The translations under genes were made by a program, and so were the position numbers. A model generated the notes under the pieces. The model saw only the letters and a program-made list of their open reading frames with translations. It searched no databases and was not told the DNA's origin. A stretch of DNA of 64,000 nt from an uncultured Marinoscillum sp. (GTDB lineage: Bacteria; Bacteroidota; Bacteroidia; Cytophagales; MED-G16), in assembly GCA_902523065.1 (NCBI GenBank), contig CABYXZ010000007.1:6802-70801 (forward strand), in the 5' to 3' direction. The first letter of the stretch is position 1; each line of letters opens with the position of its first letter. Positions 55,514-64,000 of this stretch are shown here, piece by piece.

Positions 55514-56935
55514 TTATCCGTTCATTGAAACAAGAAATTCTTCGTTGTTTCTAGTTCCCTTGATTTTAGATAGTAAGAATTCCATAGCTTCGATTGAATT
55601 CATATCAGCAAGATACTTTCTTAAAATCCATAGTCTTGACAATTCATCTTTGTCGATTAGAAGATCTTCTCTCCTTGTTCCAGATGCAGTAACATCGATT
55701 GCAGGATATATCCTTCTATTTGATAATTTCCTATCAAGCTGAAGTTCCATATTACCTGTACCCTTGAATTCTTCAAAAATTACCTCATCCATCTTAGAGC
55801 CGGTCTCAATAAGTGCAGTAGCTATAATAGTAAGAGATCCACCTTTTTCTACGTTCCTTGCAGCACCAAAAAATCTTTTAGGCTTATGTAAAGCATTAGC
55901 ATCTACACCACCTGATAGTATCTTACCAGACGAAGGGATAACAGTATTGTGTGCTCTTGCCAACCTTGTGATCGAATCCAATAAAATAACAACGTCGTGT
56001 CCACACTCGACCATTCTCTTAGCTTTTTCTAATATAATATTAGCTACTTTCACATGTCTTTCAGCCTGCTCATCAAATGTTGATGATACAACTTCTGCCT
56101 TCACACTTCTAGCCATATCAGTCACTTCTTCAGGTCTCTCATCAATAAGTAATATCATAAGATAAACCTCAGGATGATTCTCAGCAATTGCATTTGCTAT
56201 CTGTTTAAGAAGTACAGTCTTTCCTGTCTTAGGCTGAGAGACAATCATCCCTCTCTGTCCTTTACCTATAGGTGAGAAAAGATCAAGTATCCTAGTAGAG
56301 TAGTTATCTTGATTAGTACTAAGGTTAAGCTTTTCTTCAGGAAAAAGAGGAGTTAGATACTTAAAAGGTATTCTATCTCTTACCTGCTCAGGTGTTTTAC
56401 CATTTATCTGAGATACCTCAATTAATGCAAAATACTTTTCATTTTCTTTGGGAGGTCTGATTTTACCAAGTACAGTATCTCCAGTCTTTAGACCAAAAAG
56501 TTTTATTTGTGACGGAGAAACGTATATGTCATCTGGACTTGCAAGGTAGTTGTAGTCACTACTCCTTAGGAAGCCGTAACCATCTTGCATCATCTCTAGT
56601 ACTCCTTCACTTTCAATAACGCCTTCAAACTCTTTCACTTTCTTCTCATACTCCGAATTCTTTCTATTGTCAGGTCTATCTCTTCTTACTCTGCTATCTC
56701 TCCTGTCATTTGTCCTTCCTCGAGGCGAAGGTTTCTTTGGGGCTTTATCACCTTCTTCTTTTGTTTTTTCAGATTTAGCATCCGCCTTCTTTGGTTTAGC
56801 AATTGCCTGCTCATCTAATATTTTATATATAAGATCTTGTTTTGAAAGCTTTGATGCACCTTTGATACCGAGCTCTTCGGTAATCGCTTTAAGCTCTGAT
56901 AAAAGCTTATCATTAAGTTCGTCCATTGTGTACAT
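55514..56935 (-). CDS. rho: Transcription termination factor Rho
   Basis: 473 aa. It has the Rho N-terminal helix bundle, an RNA-binding CSD-like region ([14 protein letters not shown]), Walker [16 protein letters not shown], and the C-terminal [14 protein letters not shown]. Confidence 0.95.
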   Translation of the reverse strand: MYTMDELNDKLLSELKAITEELGIKGASKLSKQDLIYKILDEQAIAKPKKADAKSEKTKEEGDKAPKKPSPRGRTNDRRDSRVRRDRPDNRKNSEYEKKVKEFEGVIESEGVLEMMQDGYGFLRSSDYNYLASPDDIYVSPSQIKLFGLKTGDTVLGKIRPPKENEKYFALIEVSQINGKTPEQVRDRIPFKYLTPLFPEEKLNLSTNQDNYSTRILDLFSPIGKGQRGMIVSQPKTGKTVLLKQIANAIAENHPEVYLMILLIDERPEEVTDMARSVKAEVVSSTFDEQAERHVKVANIILEKAKRMVECGHDVVILLDSITRLARAHNTVIPSSGKILSGGVDANALHKPKRFFGAARNVEKGGSLTIIATALIETGSKMDEVIFEEFKGTGNMELQLDRKLSNRRIYPAIDVTASGTRREDLLIDKDELSRLWILRKYLADMNSIEAMEFLLSKIKGTRNNEEFLVSMNG

Positions 56936-57105
56936 ATCGTAAAATTTTGATTTATGTGTTAAAGGGTATGTTTTTAGGTTGGCCTAATAACAATTGACAC
57001 CGCAATGATACCATTATTCTCGAATTTGTCAAAAAAAAAATTAATTTTTATTAGATTGGTGCTTTGGTGTAAAAAATCGTTCTAAATATATAAAAAAACC
57101 AGACT

Positions 57106-58374
57106 ATGCTCGAAGTTAACAAGGTCAGAGATGAGTTCGAAAACATTCTTAAAGCTCTTGAGAAAAGAGGTGTTTCTGATATCAAAAATAAATTGCAAGA
57201 TCTAATAAAGCTTGATGACCAAAGAAAATCATTAAAATCTGAAATTGATAAGATAAATAACGAGTCCAACACCATATCGAAAGATATAGGAATAGCTTTT
57301 AAAAGTGGTAAAGATGATAATGTAGAATCATTAAAACTTAAGTCTCAAGAACTAAAAGAAAAAAGTAAAATAATTAATGATAATCTAAAGGAAACTGAAA
57401 ATAAATTAAGAGTATCTCTCTATAGCATTCCTAATACCCCAGATCGTAGAGTGCCTGAAGGTAAAAGCGATAAAGAAAATAAAATAATTTTCTCTTCAGA
57501 TATCAGTAAAAATGAAACTCTAAAACCACACTGGGATCTAATAAAAGAATTCCAGATAATTGATTTTGAATTGGGAAATAATATCACTGGAGCTGGTTTC
57601 CCTGTTTACATAGGTAAAGGAGCCATACTACAGAGGGCGCTGATAAACTATTTCCTAGATGTTGCCAGAGAAAAAGACTACACTGAAATTCAACCACCCA
57701 TTCTCATTAATGATGATTCAGCTACCAACACTGGGCAGCTTCCAGACAAAGAAGGCCAGATGTATAAGATTGAGGATGAAAACTTATACCTTATCCCAAC
57801 TGCCGAAGTTCCAGTAACTAATATCTATAAAAAGAAAATAGTCGAAAAAGAAATACTTCCAATAAAGAATGTTGCCTACACACCATGTTTTAGAAAAGAA
57901 GCTGGATCTTGGGGTTCTCATGTAAGAGGATTAAATAGGTTGCACCAATTTGATAAAGTTGAAATAGTACAAATTCAGGAAGAAAGTAAATCTGAGGATG
58001 CCCTAAATGAAATGTGTGATCATGTTCAGAGTTTAATTGAAAGCCTTGAAATTCCATACAGAAAAATTCTTTTATGTGCCGGTGATTTAGGATTTACCTC
58101 TAGCTTGACATATGATTTTGAAGTATATGCTCCTGGTCAAGACAAATGGTTAGAGTGCAGCTCAGTAAGTAATTTTCTTACCTATCAGTCAAATAGGATG
58201 AACCTTAAGATAAAAGACGGCAAGACTAAACAACTTGCTCATACCCTTAACGGATCTGCACTAGCCCTACCAAGAATTGTTGCTTCAATACTTGAGAATC
58301 ACCAAGAAGGTGACCATATACTTATCCCAAAAGTTCTTCATAAATACACTGGATTTAAAAAAATTTCCAAATGA
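57106..58374 (+). CDS. serS: Seryl-tRNA synthetase
   Basis: 422 aa. It has an N-terminal coiled-coil arm and class II motifs (FRKEAGSWGSHVRGLNRLHQFDKVE; GSALALPR). Confidence 0.95.
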   Translation: MLEVNKVRDEFENILKALEKRGVSDIKNKLQDLIKLDDQRKSLKSEIDKINNESNTISKDIGIAFKSGKDDNVESLKLKSQELKEKSKIINDNLKETENKLRVSLYSIPNTPDRRVPEGKSDKENKIIFSSDISKNETLKPHWDLIKEFQIIDFELGNNITGAGFPVYIGKGAILQRALINYFLDVAREKDYTEIQPPILINDDSATNTGQLPDKEGQMYKIEDENLYLIPTAEVPVTNIYKKKIVEKEILPIKNVAYTPCFRKEAGSWGSHVRGLNRLHQFDKVEIVQIQEESKSEDALNEMCDHVQSLIESLEIPYRKILLCAGDLGFTSSLTYDFEVYAPGQDKWLECSSVSNFLTYQSNRMNLKIKDGKTKQLAHTLNGSALALPRIVASILENHQEGDHILIPKVLHKYTGFKKISK

Positions 58375-58814
58375 TCATTAGACCTGGAAGGAAAAGTGAC
58401 ATACCTCAAGTATTTGACCTCATTAAAGAACTTGCTGAATATGAGAAAGCTCTTGACAAAGTATCCAACACAGTTGAGAAATTAGAAGAAGATGGATTCG
58501 GTCCAAACCCAGTTTATGAATTATTCGTTGCAGAAGTTGAAAATAAAATAGTTGGTATTGCCCTAACATATTACAGGTTTTCAACGTGGAGAGGAAAAGT
58601 TATGTATTTAGAAGATTTAATCGTTAAAGAACACATGAGACGAAAAGGTATTGGGAAAAAATTATTTGATATGGTTCTAGACCATGCTAAAGCTACAAGT
58701 TGTGTTGGGCTATCACTCCAAGTTCTTGACTGGAATGATCTTGGAATAAATTTCTACAAAAAATATAACATGGAGTTTGATGATGAGTGGATAAATTGCT
58801 ACTTAGAATTTTAA
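58371..58814 (+). CDS. GNAT-family N-acetyltransferase (diamine/spermidine acetyltransferase-like)
   Basis: 147 aa with the acetyl-CoA motif RRKGIGKKLF. It overlaps serS by 4 nt and abuts crtI. Confidence 0.75.
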   Translation: MIIRPGRKSDIPQVFDLIKELAEYEKALDKVSNTVEKLEEDGFGPNPVYELFVAEVENKIVGIALTYYRFSTWRGKVMYLEDLIVKEHMRRKGIGKKLFDMVLDHAKATSCVGLSLQVLDWNDLGINFYKKYNMEFDDEWINCYLEF

Positions 58815-60290
58815 ATGGAAAATAAAAAAAATATATGCGTAATTGGAGGTGGATTTGCAGGTATATCTGCAGCTACCTACCTATCTGATAAAGGCCATAA
58901 TGTCTACGTATTAGAAAAAAATTCTAAAATTGGTGGAAGGGCTAGAAAATTTACTGCAAAGGGTTTCACTTTTGATATGGGGCCGTCATGGTACTGGATG
59001 CCTGATATTTTTGAAAAGTTTTTCTCTGACTTTGGTAAAGACATAAATGACTATATAAATCTAAAAAGGTTAGATCCTTCTTACAGGGTGTACTTTCCAG
59101 AAAATGAAAAAATCGACATTCCGGCAGACTACGAGGAACTGAAAGAATTATTTGAAGAGTTAGAAGAAGGTGCAGGAGAAAAGCTTGATAAATTTATCTC
59201 TCAGGCTGAGATAAAGTATAATGTAGGCGTTAAAAATCTAGTTTATAAACCAAGTCTTTCTGTGAGAGAGTTCATAAATAAAGAAACAATCACTGGAGCA
59301 CTGAAATTAGATATATTCAACTCAATGCATAAGCATATAAGGAAGTATTTCAAAAATGAAAAAATAATTAAACTACTTGAATTCCCAATTCTTTTTCTTG
59401 GCGCGACACCTAAAAATACACCCTCTCTTTACAGCTTGATGAACTTTGCAGATATAAAACTAGGCACTTGGTATCCAGAAGGGGGAATGCATAAAATTGT
59501 GGAGGCAATGGTTTCTCTAGCGAAAGAGAAAGGAGTTAAATTTTACCTCAACGAGGAGGTTAAATCTCTTGGATACAACAAGAATAGTATCTCTTATGTA
59601 ATCACTGAAAAGAAAATATTTGACGCTGACTATGTAGTTTGTTCTGCTGACTACCATCACTTTGATCAGAACATACTCAAAGATAAATTTAAAAACTACT
59701 CAAAATCTTACTGGGAGAAGCGAGTTCTTGCTCCATCCTCTCTCCTTTTCTACATAGGATTAGACAAAAAACTCAGAAATGTAAAACACCACTGTCTTTT
59801 CTTTGATAAAGATTTTGAAAATCATGCAGAGGAAATATATACTACCCCTAGGTGGCCTTCAGAACCACTATTTTACGCTTCTTTTACCTCTAAGTCTGAT
59901 AAGACCGTAGCTCCAACGGGATGTGAAAATATGTTTTTACTCATGCCTGTAGCACCAGACCTAGAAGATAATAAAATCATTAGAGACAGATATTTTGAAT
60001 TAATTCTTTCACGACTTGAGAAAATTACAAAGCAAAACATAAGGGATCACATAATCTATAAAAAAAGTTATGCTATCAATGAATTTAAAAAAGATTATAA
60101 CTCATTTAAGGGGAATGCGTATGGTCTTGCAAATACTCTTTTTCAGACAGCAATATTCAAACCATCATTAAAAAATAAAAAACTAACAAACCTTTACTTT
60201 AGCGGTCAATTGACAGTACCTGGTCCCGGTGTTCCGCCATCTATAATATCTGGTAATGTTGTTGCGAGTGAAATCCTAAAAAAGGTTTAG
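58815..60290 (+). CDS. crtI: Phytoene desaturase
   Basis: 491 aa. The FAD motif is VIGGGFAGISAATYL, and the C-terminal GQLTVPGPGVPPSIISG is typical of CrtI. Confidence 0.88.
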   Translation: MENKKNICVIGGGFAGISAATYLSDKGHNVYVLEKNSKIGGRARKFTAKGFTFDMGPSWYWMPDIFEKFFSDFGKDINDYINLKRLDPSYRVYFPENEKIDIPADYEELKELFEELEEGAGEKLDKFISQAEIKYNVGVKNLVYKPSLSVREFINKETITGALKLDIFNSMHKHIRKYFKNEKIIKLLEFPILFLGATPKNTPSLYSLMNFADIKLGTWYPEGGMHKIVEAMVSLAKEKGVKFYLNEEVKSLGYNKNSISYVITEKKIFDADYVVCSADYHHFDQNILKDKFKNYSKSYWEKRVLAPSSLLFYIGLDKKLRNVKHHCLFFDKDFENHAEEIYTTPRWPSEPLFYASFTSKSDKTVAPTGCENMFLLMPVAPDLEDNKIIRDRYFELILSRLEKITKQNIRDHIIYKKSYAINEFKKDYNSFKGNAYGLANTLFQTAIFKPSLKNKKLTNLYFSGQLTVPGPGVPPSIISGNVVASEILKKV

Positions 60291-61079
60291 TTAGTAATCC
60301 AACTCGTAATTGTCAAGCTGAATGTCATCTATTCCATCACCATCAAATGGATTTTCTATCTGTTCTTGTACATTGAACAGAGAGATAAGTATAAATGATA
60401 TGATAATATTTAGAGCATATACAATAAATGTTGTGTCAAAATATTCTGTTCCGCCGAAAGTAGAACCGATTTCATTTAATTGACCAGAGTACCCTATGTT
60501 ATAGATTAAAGTTGGAGCATAATAGAAGGGGAAGATGTATATAAATAATTCACAATATGCCCTTATTGTCTGAGGGGTTCTGTGCACCTTTATAGATATA
60601 GAATTTTCCACTCCCATGATCACATCTCTCATCAGTCTATAAACTCTAACTGAAATACTCCTTCCAAGGAATTCTCTGTTTTTGTCAATAAACATTTTTA
60701 TTTTCTGAATTGAATTATTTAATGGTTCTTTATCATTTGATTCTGAATATAAAAATTTTATTAACTCAGATTTTACTTCAATTACCTGTTTACCTATATT
60801 TCTTTTGTCAGCATCAGGAACTTTTGAAACGGTGAAAATATATTTAATTGATGCCAGAGCTCCCTTAGCTCTACCCAGATGCTCGAGGGCTTTCTCTCTT
60901 CTCTGAAAAGCACTACCCAAGGTAAATACAAGAGGAAAAACAACAGCAATAGATATTAGTGTCAAATCTAGGTTAAATGCAAGCTGATATTTATAGGCAA
61001 TCCAGGTTGCAATCACGGAAATAATTAATGAAATTACTGTCCTAATATTTAGTGCACCAGTGTATTTTTTAAAGTTCAT
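60291..61079 (-). CDS. Bestrophin-like (UPF0187/YneE-type) membrane protein
   Basis: The likely start is MNFKKYTG at 61079. TM helices are followed by ...VHRTPQTIRAY... and the C-terminal QIENPFDGDGIDDIQLD, which resembles the bestrophin-family ExPFG-x-DDL motif. The track's 340-aa version adds an implausible N-terminus antisense to the neighbouring gene. Confidence 0.5.
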   Translation of the reverse strand: MNFKKYTGALNIRTVISLIISVIATWIAYKYQLAFNLDLTLISIAVVFPLVFTLGSAFQRREKALEHLGRAKGALASIKYIFTVSKVPDADKRNIGKQVIEVKSELIKFLYSESNDKEPLNNSIQKIKMFIDKNREFLGRSISVRVYRLMRDVIMGVENSISIKVHRTPQTIRAYCELFIYIFPFYYAPTLIYNIGYSGQLNEIGSTFGGTEYFDTTFIVYALNIIISFILISLFNVQEQIENPFDGDGIDDIQLDNYELDY

Positions 61080-62118
61080 GAAAAAGAAATTTAATAAAGA
61101 AAGGATTAAAATTCTATTTTTGAGTGTTTTATATTTAGTAGCACTACCTGGAGTATCCTTCTCGCAGTCAGAAAACCTATTCAAAGAAAACCTAAACTTA
61201 AGTGTACAGTTATCCTTTGACTTCAAAGAGCTATATAAAGACACTAACGATTCAACATTCATAAAATCAAAGATGGTTTTTTCTGGTAATGAGATAGAGG
61301 AAGACACTATCACAGCCAGGGTAAGAGTTAGAGGAAACTTTAGAAAGAAGATTTGTTATTTCAAGCCGATGAGACTTGAAATAAGGAAAAAGCAAGCCCA
61401 AAATACAATCTTTGAAAATAACAGAAAGTTAAAGCTTGTGGTTCCCTGTCAAAACGAAAAAAATAAAGATGAACTTGTCTACAAGGAATTTATGGCTTAT
61501 AAATTTTTTGAAGAGTTATCAGATATTCACTTAAAAACACAAGCTGTTTCGCTAAAAATAATTGAGCTGAAAAACGGCAAGGAAATAGAACATACCATGT
61601 TTGCTTTTCTTGTTGAGGATGATGATAAAGTTGCAGATAGACATGAAATTAAAAAATATCCAAGCAGGAGAATGAGTCCACTAGCAGTAAAAGACTCTTC
61701 GGCAATTAACTTCACGCTCTTCTCTTACATGATTGGTAATACAGACTGGTCCCTAGCATATCAACATAATACAGAAATGTTTTTTGATGGGAGGAGAATG
61801 ATAGCAATACCTTATGACTTCGATCATAGCGGCCTAGTTAACGCTTTCTATGCAAAACCTAATCCTATGCTTAAAATTTCTAGTGTTACTGAGAGAGTCT
61901 ACAGAGGTCTGTGCAAGCGAGATCCGCAGACATTCAATAATATGAGAAACCTCTACATTTCAAAAGAGGGATCTATATTAAATATACTGAATGGATTTAA
62001 AGAAAATATAGAAGTTAAAGAGTTTGAAAGATTAAACGAATATATCAATTCTTTTTATGGTATTCTTAAATCAGATACAGAATTTAAGAATAAAATTCTA
62101 AGTAAGTGTCGAGGATAA
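61078..62118 (+). CDS. Secreted hypothetical protein, possibly CotH-kinase-like fold
   Basis: The start MKKKFNKERIKILFLSVLYLVALPGVSFSQ at 61078 gives a signal peptide. The motifs RVRVRGNFRKK..FKP and IGNTDWSLAYQHN...IPYDFDHSG are reminiscent of CotH-family proteins. The call is weak. Confidence 0.35.
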   Translation: MKKKFNKERIKILFLSVLYLVALPGVSFSQSENLFKENLNLSVQLSFDFKELYKDTNDSTFIKSKMVFSGNEIEEDTITARVRVRGNFRKKICYFKPMRLEIRKKQAQNTIFENNRKLKLVVPCQNEKNKDELVYKEFMAYKFFEELSDIHLKTQAVSLKIIELKNGKEIEHTMFAFLVEDDDKVADRHEIKKYPSRRMSPLAVKDSSAINFTLFSYMIGNTDWSLAYQHNTEMFFDGRRMIAIPYDFDHSGLVNAFYAKPNPMLKISSVTERVYRGLCKRDPQTFNNMRNLYISKEGSILNILNGFKENIEVKEFERLNEYINSFYGILKSDTEFKNKILSKCRG

Positions 62119-62127
62119 TATTGTCTA

Positions 62128-62955
62128 ATGGAAGATGCTGTCAAACTTTATAAGGAGGTAAGCTTTAGCTGCAGTGAGTTAATTACAAAACGGTACAGCA
62201 CGTCATTTTCACTTGGAATTAATACTTTACACAAAAGCATCCACAAACCCATTTACGCAATTTATGGATTCGTAAGATTTGCTGACGAGATTGTTGATAC
62301 ATTTCATGACCTTGACAAAGAAAAAGTTCTTAATGAATTTGAAAGAGATACCTATGATGCCATAAAAAATCAGTTCTCAACAAATCCAGTTCTACACTCA
62401 TTTCAGTCAGTAGTAAATAAACATAAAATTAAAAAAGATCACATAGCGGCTTTCCTTAAAAGCATGAGAATGGATTTATCCATGAAAGTTTTCAGTGAGA
62501 AGAGCTATAAAGAATATATCTATGGATCGGCAGAAGTTGTTGGGCTTATGTGTTTAAAAGTATTTTGTGATGAACATGAATATGAAAAACTAGAAGAATA
62601 TGCAATTAGCCTCGGATCAGCTTTTCAAAAAGTAAACTTTCTAAGGGACATAAAAAGTGATTTTGAGGAGAGGGGAAGGGTTTACTTTCCAGGAGTAAAA
62701 TTTGATACATTTAGTGAGGCGGATAAAAAAAGTATTGAAAAAGATATTGCTAACGATTTCAATAATGCACTTATAGGAATTAAAATGCTACCAAAGGTTG
62801 CGAGGTCAGGTGTTTACTTATCCTATAAGTATTACCTTGAATTACTAGACAAAATTAAGTCAAAAGATTCTTCAACTATTAAGACTGAAAGGGTAAGGGT
62901 ATCAAACATAAAAAAATTTATGATCTTTGTGGGAACATACCTTAACCGAGCTTAG
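62128..62955 (+). CDS. crtB: Phytoene synthase
   Basis: 275 aa. It has squalene/phytoene synthase motifs (YAIYGFVRFADEIVD; YIYGSAEVVGLMC; GSAFQKVNFLRDIKSD). Confidence 0.9.
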   Translation: MEDAVKLYKEVSFSCSELITKRYSTSFSLGINTLHKSIHKPIYAIYGFVRFADEIVDTFHDLDKEKVLNEFERDTYDAIKNQFSTNPVLHSFQSVVNKHKIKKDHIAAFLKSMRMDLSMKVFSEKSYKEYIYGSAEVVGLMCLKVFCDEHEYEKLEEYAISLGSAFQKVNFLRDIKSDFEERGRVYFPGVKFDTFSEADKKSIEKDIANDFNNALIGIKMLPKVARSGVYLSYKYYLELLDKIKSKDSSTIKTERVRVSNIKKFMIFVGTYLNRA

Positions 62956-62956
62956 C

Positions 62957-63649
62957 ATGACACTATATTTTTATCTTTTATTGTTTACCCTATCCTTTCC
63001 TCTAGGAGCTTCTTGGGACAGAAGATTTAAATATGCTCAAAACTTTAAGTACTTATTTCCTGCTATTTTCATCACTGGAACTTTCTTTATAGTTTGGGAT
63101 ATCATATTCACAAAAAATGGTGTTTGGGGTTTTAGCGAGGTACATGCAAGCAGTCTAAAGTTTTTCTACCTCCCAATTGAAGAATGGTTATTTTTTATCA
63201 TAATTCCTTTCTCCTGTGTATTCATATACGAGAGTGTAAAGTATTTTCATAAAGCAGAAAAGTATAACTCAATCGCACGTTATATATTTCTTGGGACAGG
63301 AGTAATACTAATTATTGTTGGTAGCTTAAATTACGAGAGAGATTACACCTTCTGGAATTTTATTTTCTGTGGTATTTTCCTGCTCTATAGCGGATATAAA
63401 GAGAGAAAATACCATGGAAATTTTTTGATCAGCTTCCTTTATGTACAAATTCCTTTCTTTCTAATCAATGGCATACTGACAGATGGTAATTTTGACTTTG
63501 ACTTTTCAACAGATCCCGTTGTTTGGTATAATAACGACGAGAACCTCTCAATAAGAATGATCACAATCCCATTCGAAGATATCTTCTACAATCTTCTCCT
63601 TCTTTTTATGAATGTAACTTTTTATGAAAAATTTAAGTCTAATAGTTAA
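62957..63649 (+). CDS. Lycopene cyclase domain protein (fused CrtYc/CrtYd type)
   Basis: ATG at 62957 (MTLYFYLLLF) lies 1 nt after the crtB stop. The product is a small polytopic membrane protein with two repeats containing PxEE(W/D)xF-like motifs (LPIEEWLFF; IPFEDIFY), placed next to crtB. Confidence 0.7.
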   Translation: MTLYFYLLLFTLSFPLGASWDRRFKYAQNFKYLFPAIFITGTFFIVWDIIFTKNGVWGFSEVHASSLKFFYLPIEEWLFFIIIPFSCVFIYESVKYFHKAEKYNSIARYIFLGTGVILIIVGSLNYERDYTFWNFIFCGIFLLYSGYKERKYHGNFLISFLYVQIPFFLINGILTDGNFDFDFSTDPVVWYNNDENLSIRMITIPFEDIFYNLLLLFMNVTFYEKFKSNS

Positions 63650-63658
63650 ATTTGCATC

Positions 63659-64000
63659 ATGCTAGGATTAGATGTTACAATAGATACAAAATCGGGATTC
63701 TGCTTTGGTGTTGAGTACGCCATTGAGATAGCTGAGGAAATTCTTCAACAAGATGGAGAATTATATTGTCTCGGTGACATAGTTCATAACGACATGGAAG
63801 TCAAGAGACTGGAAGACATGGGACTGAAAATCATTGACCACGATGAACTTAAGCAAATGAAAGATGTTAAGGTTCTAATAAGGGCTCACGGTGAGCCACC
63901 CTCAACATACGATTTAGCAATAAAAAATAATATCACGCTTATGGATGCTTCCTGTCCCGTGGTACTAAAACTTCAGAATAGAATTAAGAAATCACACGAC
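63659..64000 (+). CDS. ispH: 4-hydroxy-3-methylbut-2-enyl diphosphate reductase, N-terminal part (runs off the window)
   Basis: My translation is [27 protein letters not shown]...[14 protein letters not shown]...[10 protein letters not shown]...DASCPVV. The GFCFGV, HN and SCP motifs are typical of IspH/LytB. Confidence 0.88.
   Translation, partial: MLGLDVTIDTKSGFCFGVEYAIEIAEEILQQDGELYCLGDIVHNDMEVKRLEDMGLKIIDHDELKQMKDVKVLIRAHGEPPSTYDLAIKNNITLMDASCPVVLKLQNRIKKSHD

Noticed and set aside
55500-56942. Three plus-strand ORFs (80, 133 and 91 aa) opposite rho
   Set aside because: They are antisense to a full-length, motif-rich Rho gene, and their Ser/Leu-rich composition is typical of antisense artefacts.
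57051-57275. 74-aa minus-strand ORF overlapping the serS start
   Set aside because: It overlaps the well-supported serS N-terminus in antisense, and its hydrophobic low-complexity product has no motifs.
61080-61313. N-terminal 78-aa extension of the 340-aa track ORF (the bestrophin-like gene)
   Set aside because: The extension is antisense to the signal-peptide-bearing plus-strand gene and has no TM or conserved character. The internal Met at 61079 begins just before the first TM helix.

Overview
This is a low-GC, gene-dense window that looks like a marine Bacteroidota (Flavobacteriia-type) chromosome. Supporting signs are SusC/SusD pairs, T9SS C-terminal sorting domains, TAnnTTTG-type -7 promoter boxes and the absence of Shine-Dalgarno sequences. 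Housekeeping blocks are galK-galE, GH20-glmS, the nitrogen-assimilation operon gltB-gltD-amt, murF-def-ruvX, rho, serS, a carotenoid cluster (crtI, crtB, lycopene-cyclase-domain gene) and a partial ispH. There are three glycan-utilisation loci. (1) SusC/SusD followed by a partial VCBS/CRTAC1-like gene at 1-4796. (2) A roughly 24 kb polysaccharide utilisation locus at 21943-45984, directly abutting tRNA-Val. It combines a classical xylan toolkit (three GH10 domains, GH43, GPH symporter, esterase, SusC/SusD, a surface lipoprotein) with six formylglycine-type sulfatases. (3) A SusCD-less GH16-MFS-PQQ sugar dehydrogenase mini-locus at 48018-51494. The most unusual element is a 1159-aa single polypeptide (32348-35827) that fuses an iduronate-2-sulfatase-like domain, two tandemly duplicated CBM-like modules and a divergent GH10-like domain. 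Together with its neighbours this suggests a dedicated, apparently uncharacterised system for a sulfated xylan or a xylose-rich sulfated algal glycan. Secondary leads are listed below.
- An orphan promoter/stem-loop/terminator unit in the largest non-coding gap (51495-51830). Its (GTTA)4 linker is complementary to an identical 12-mer placed 7 nt upstream of the start codons of a susC gene and the GH16 gene.
- An unannotated 22-codon ORF with 9 cysteines.
- A eukaryote-type GNA1-like acetyltransferase near glmS.
- A Kazal-like lipoprotein.
- A sulfatase with a C-x-A-x-R active-site motif.
All functional calls rest on motif recognition by eye. No database search or computation was run.
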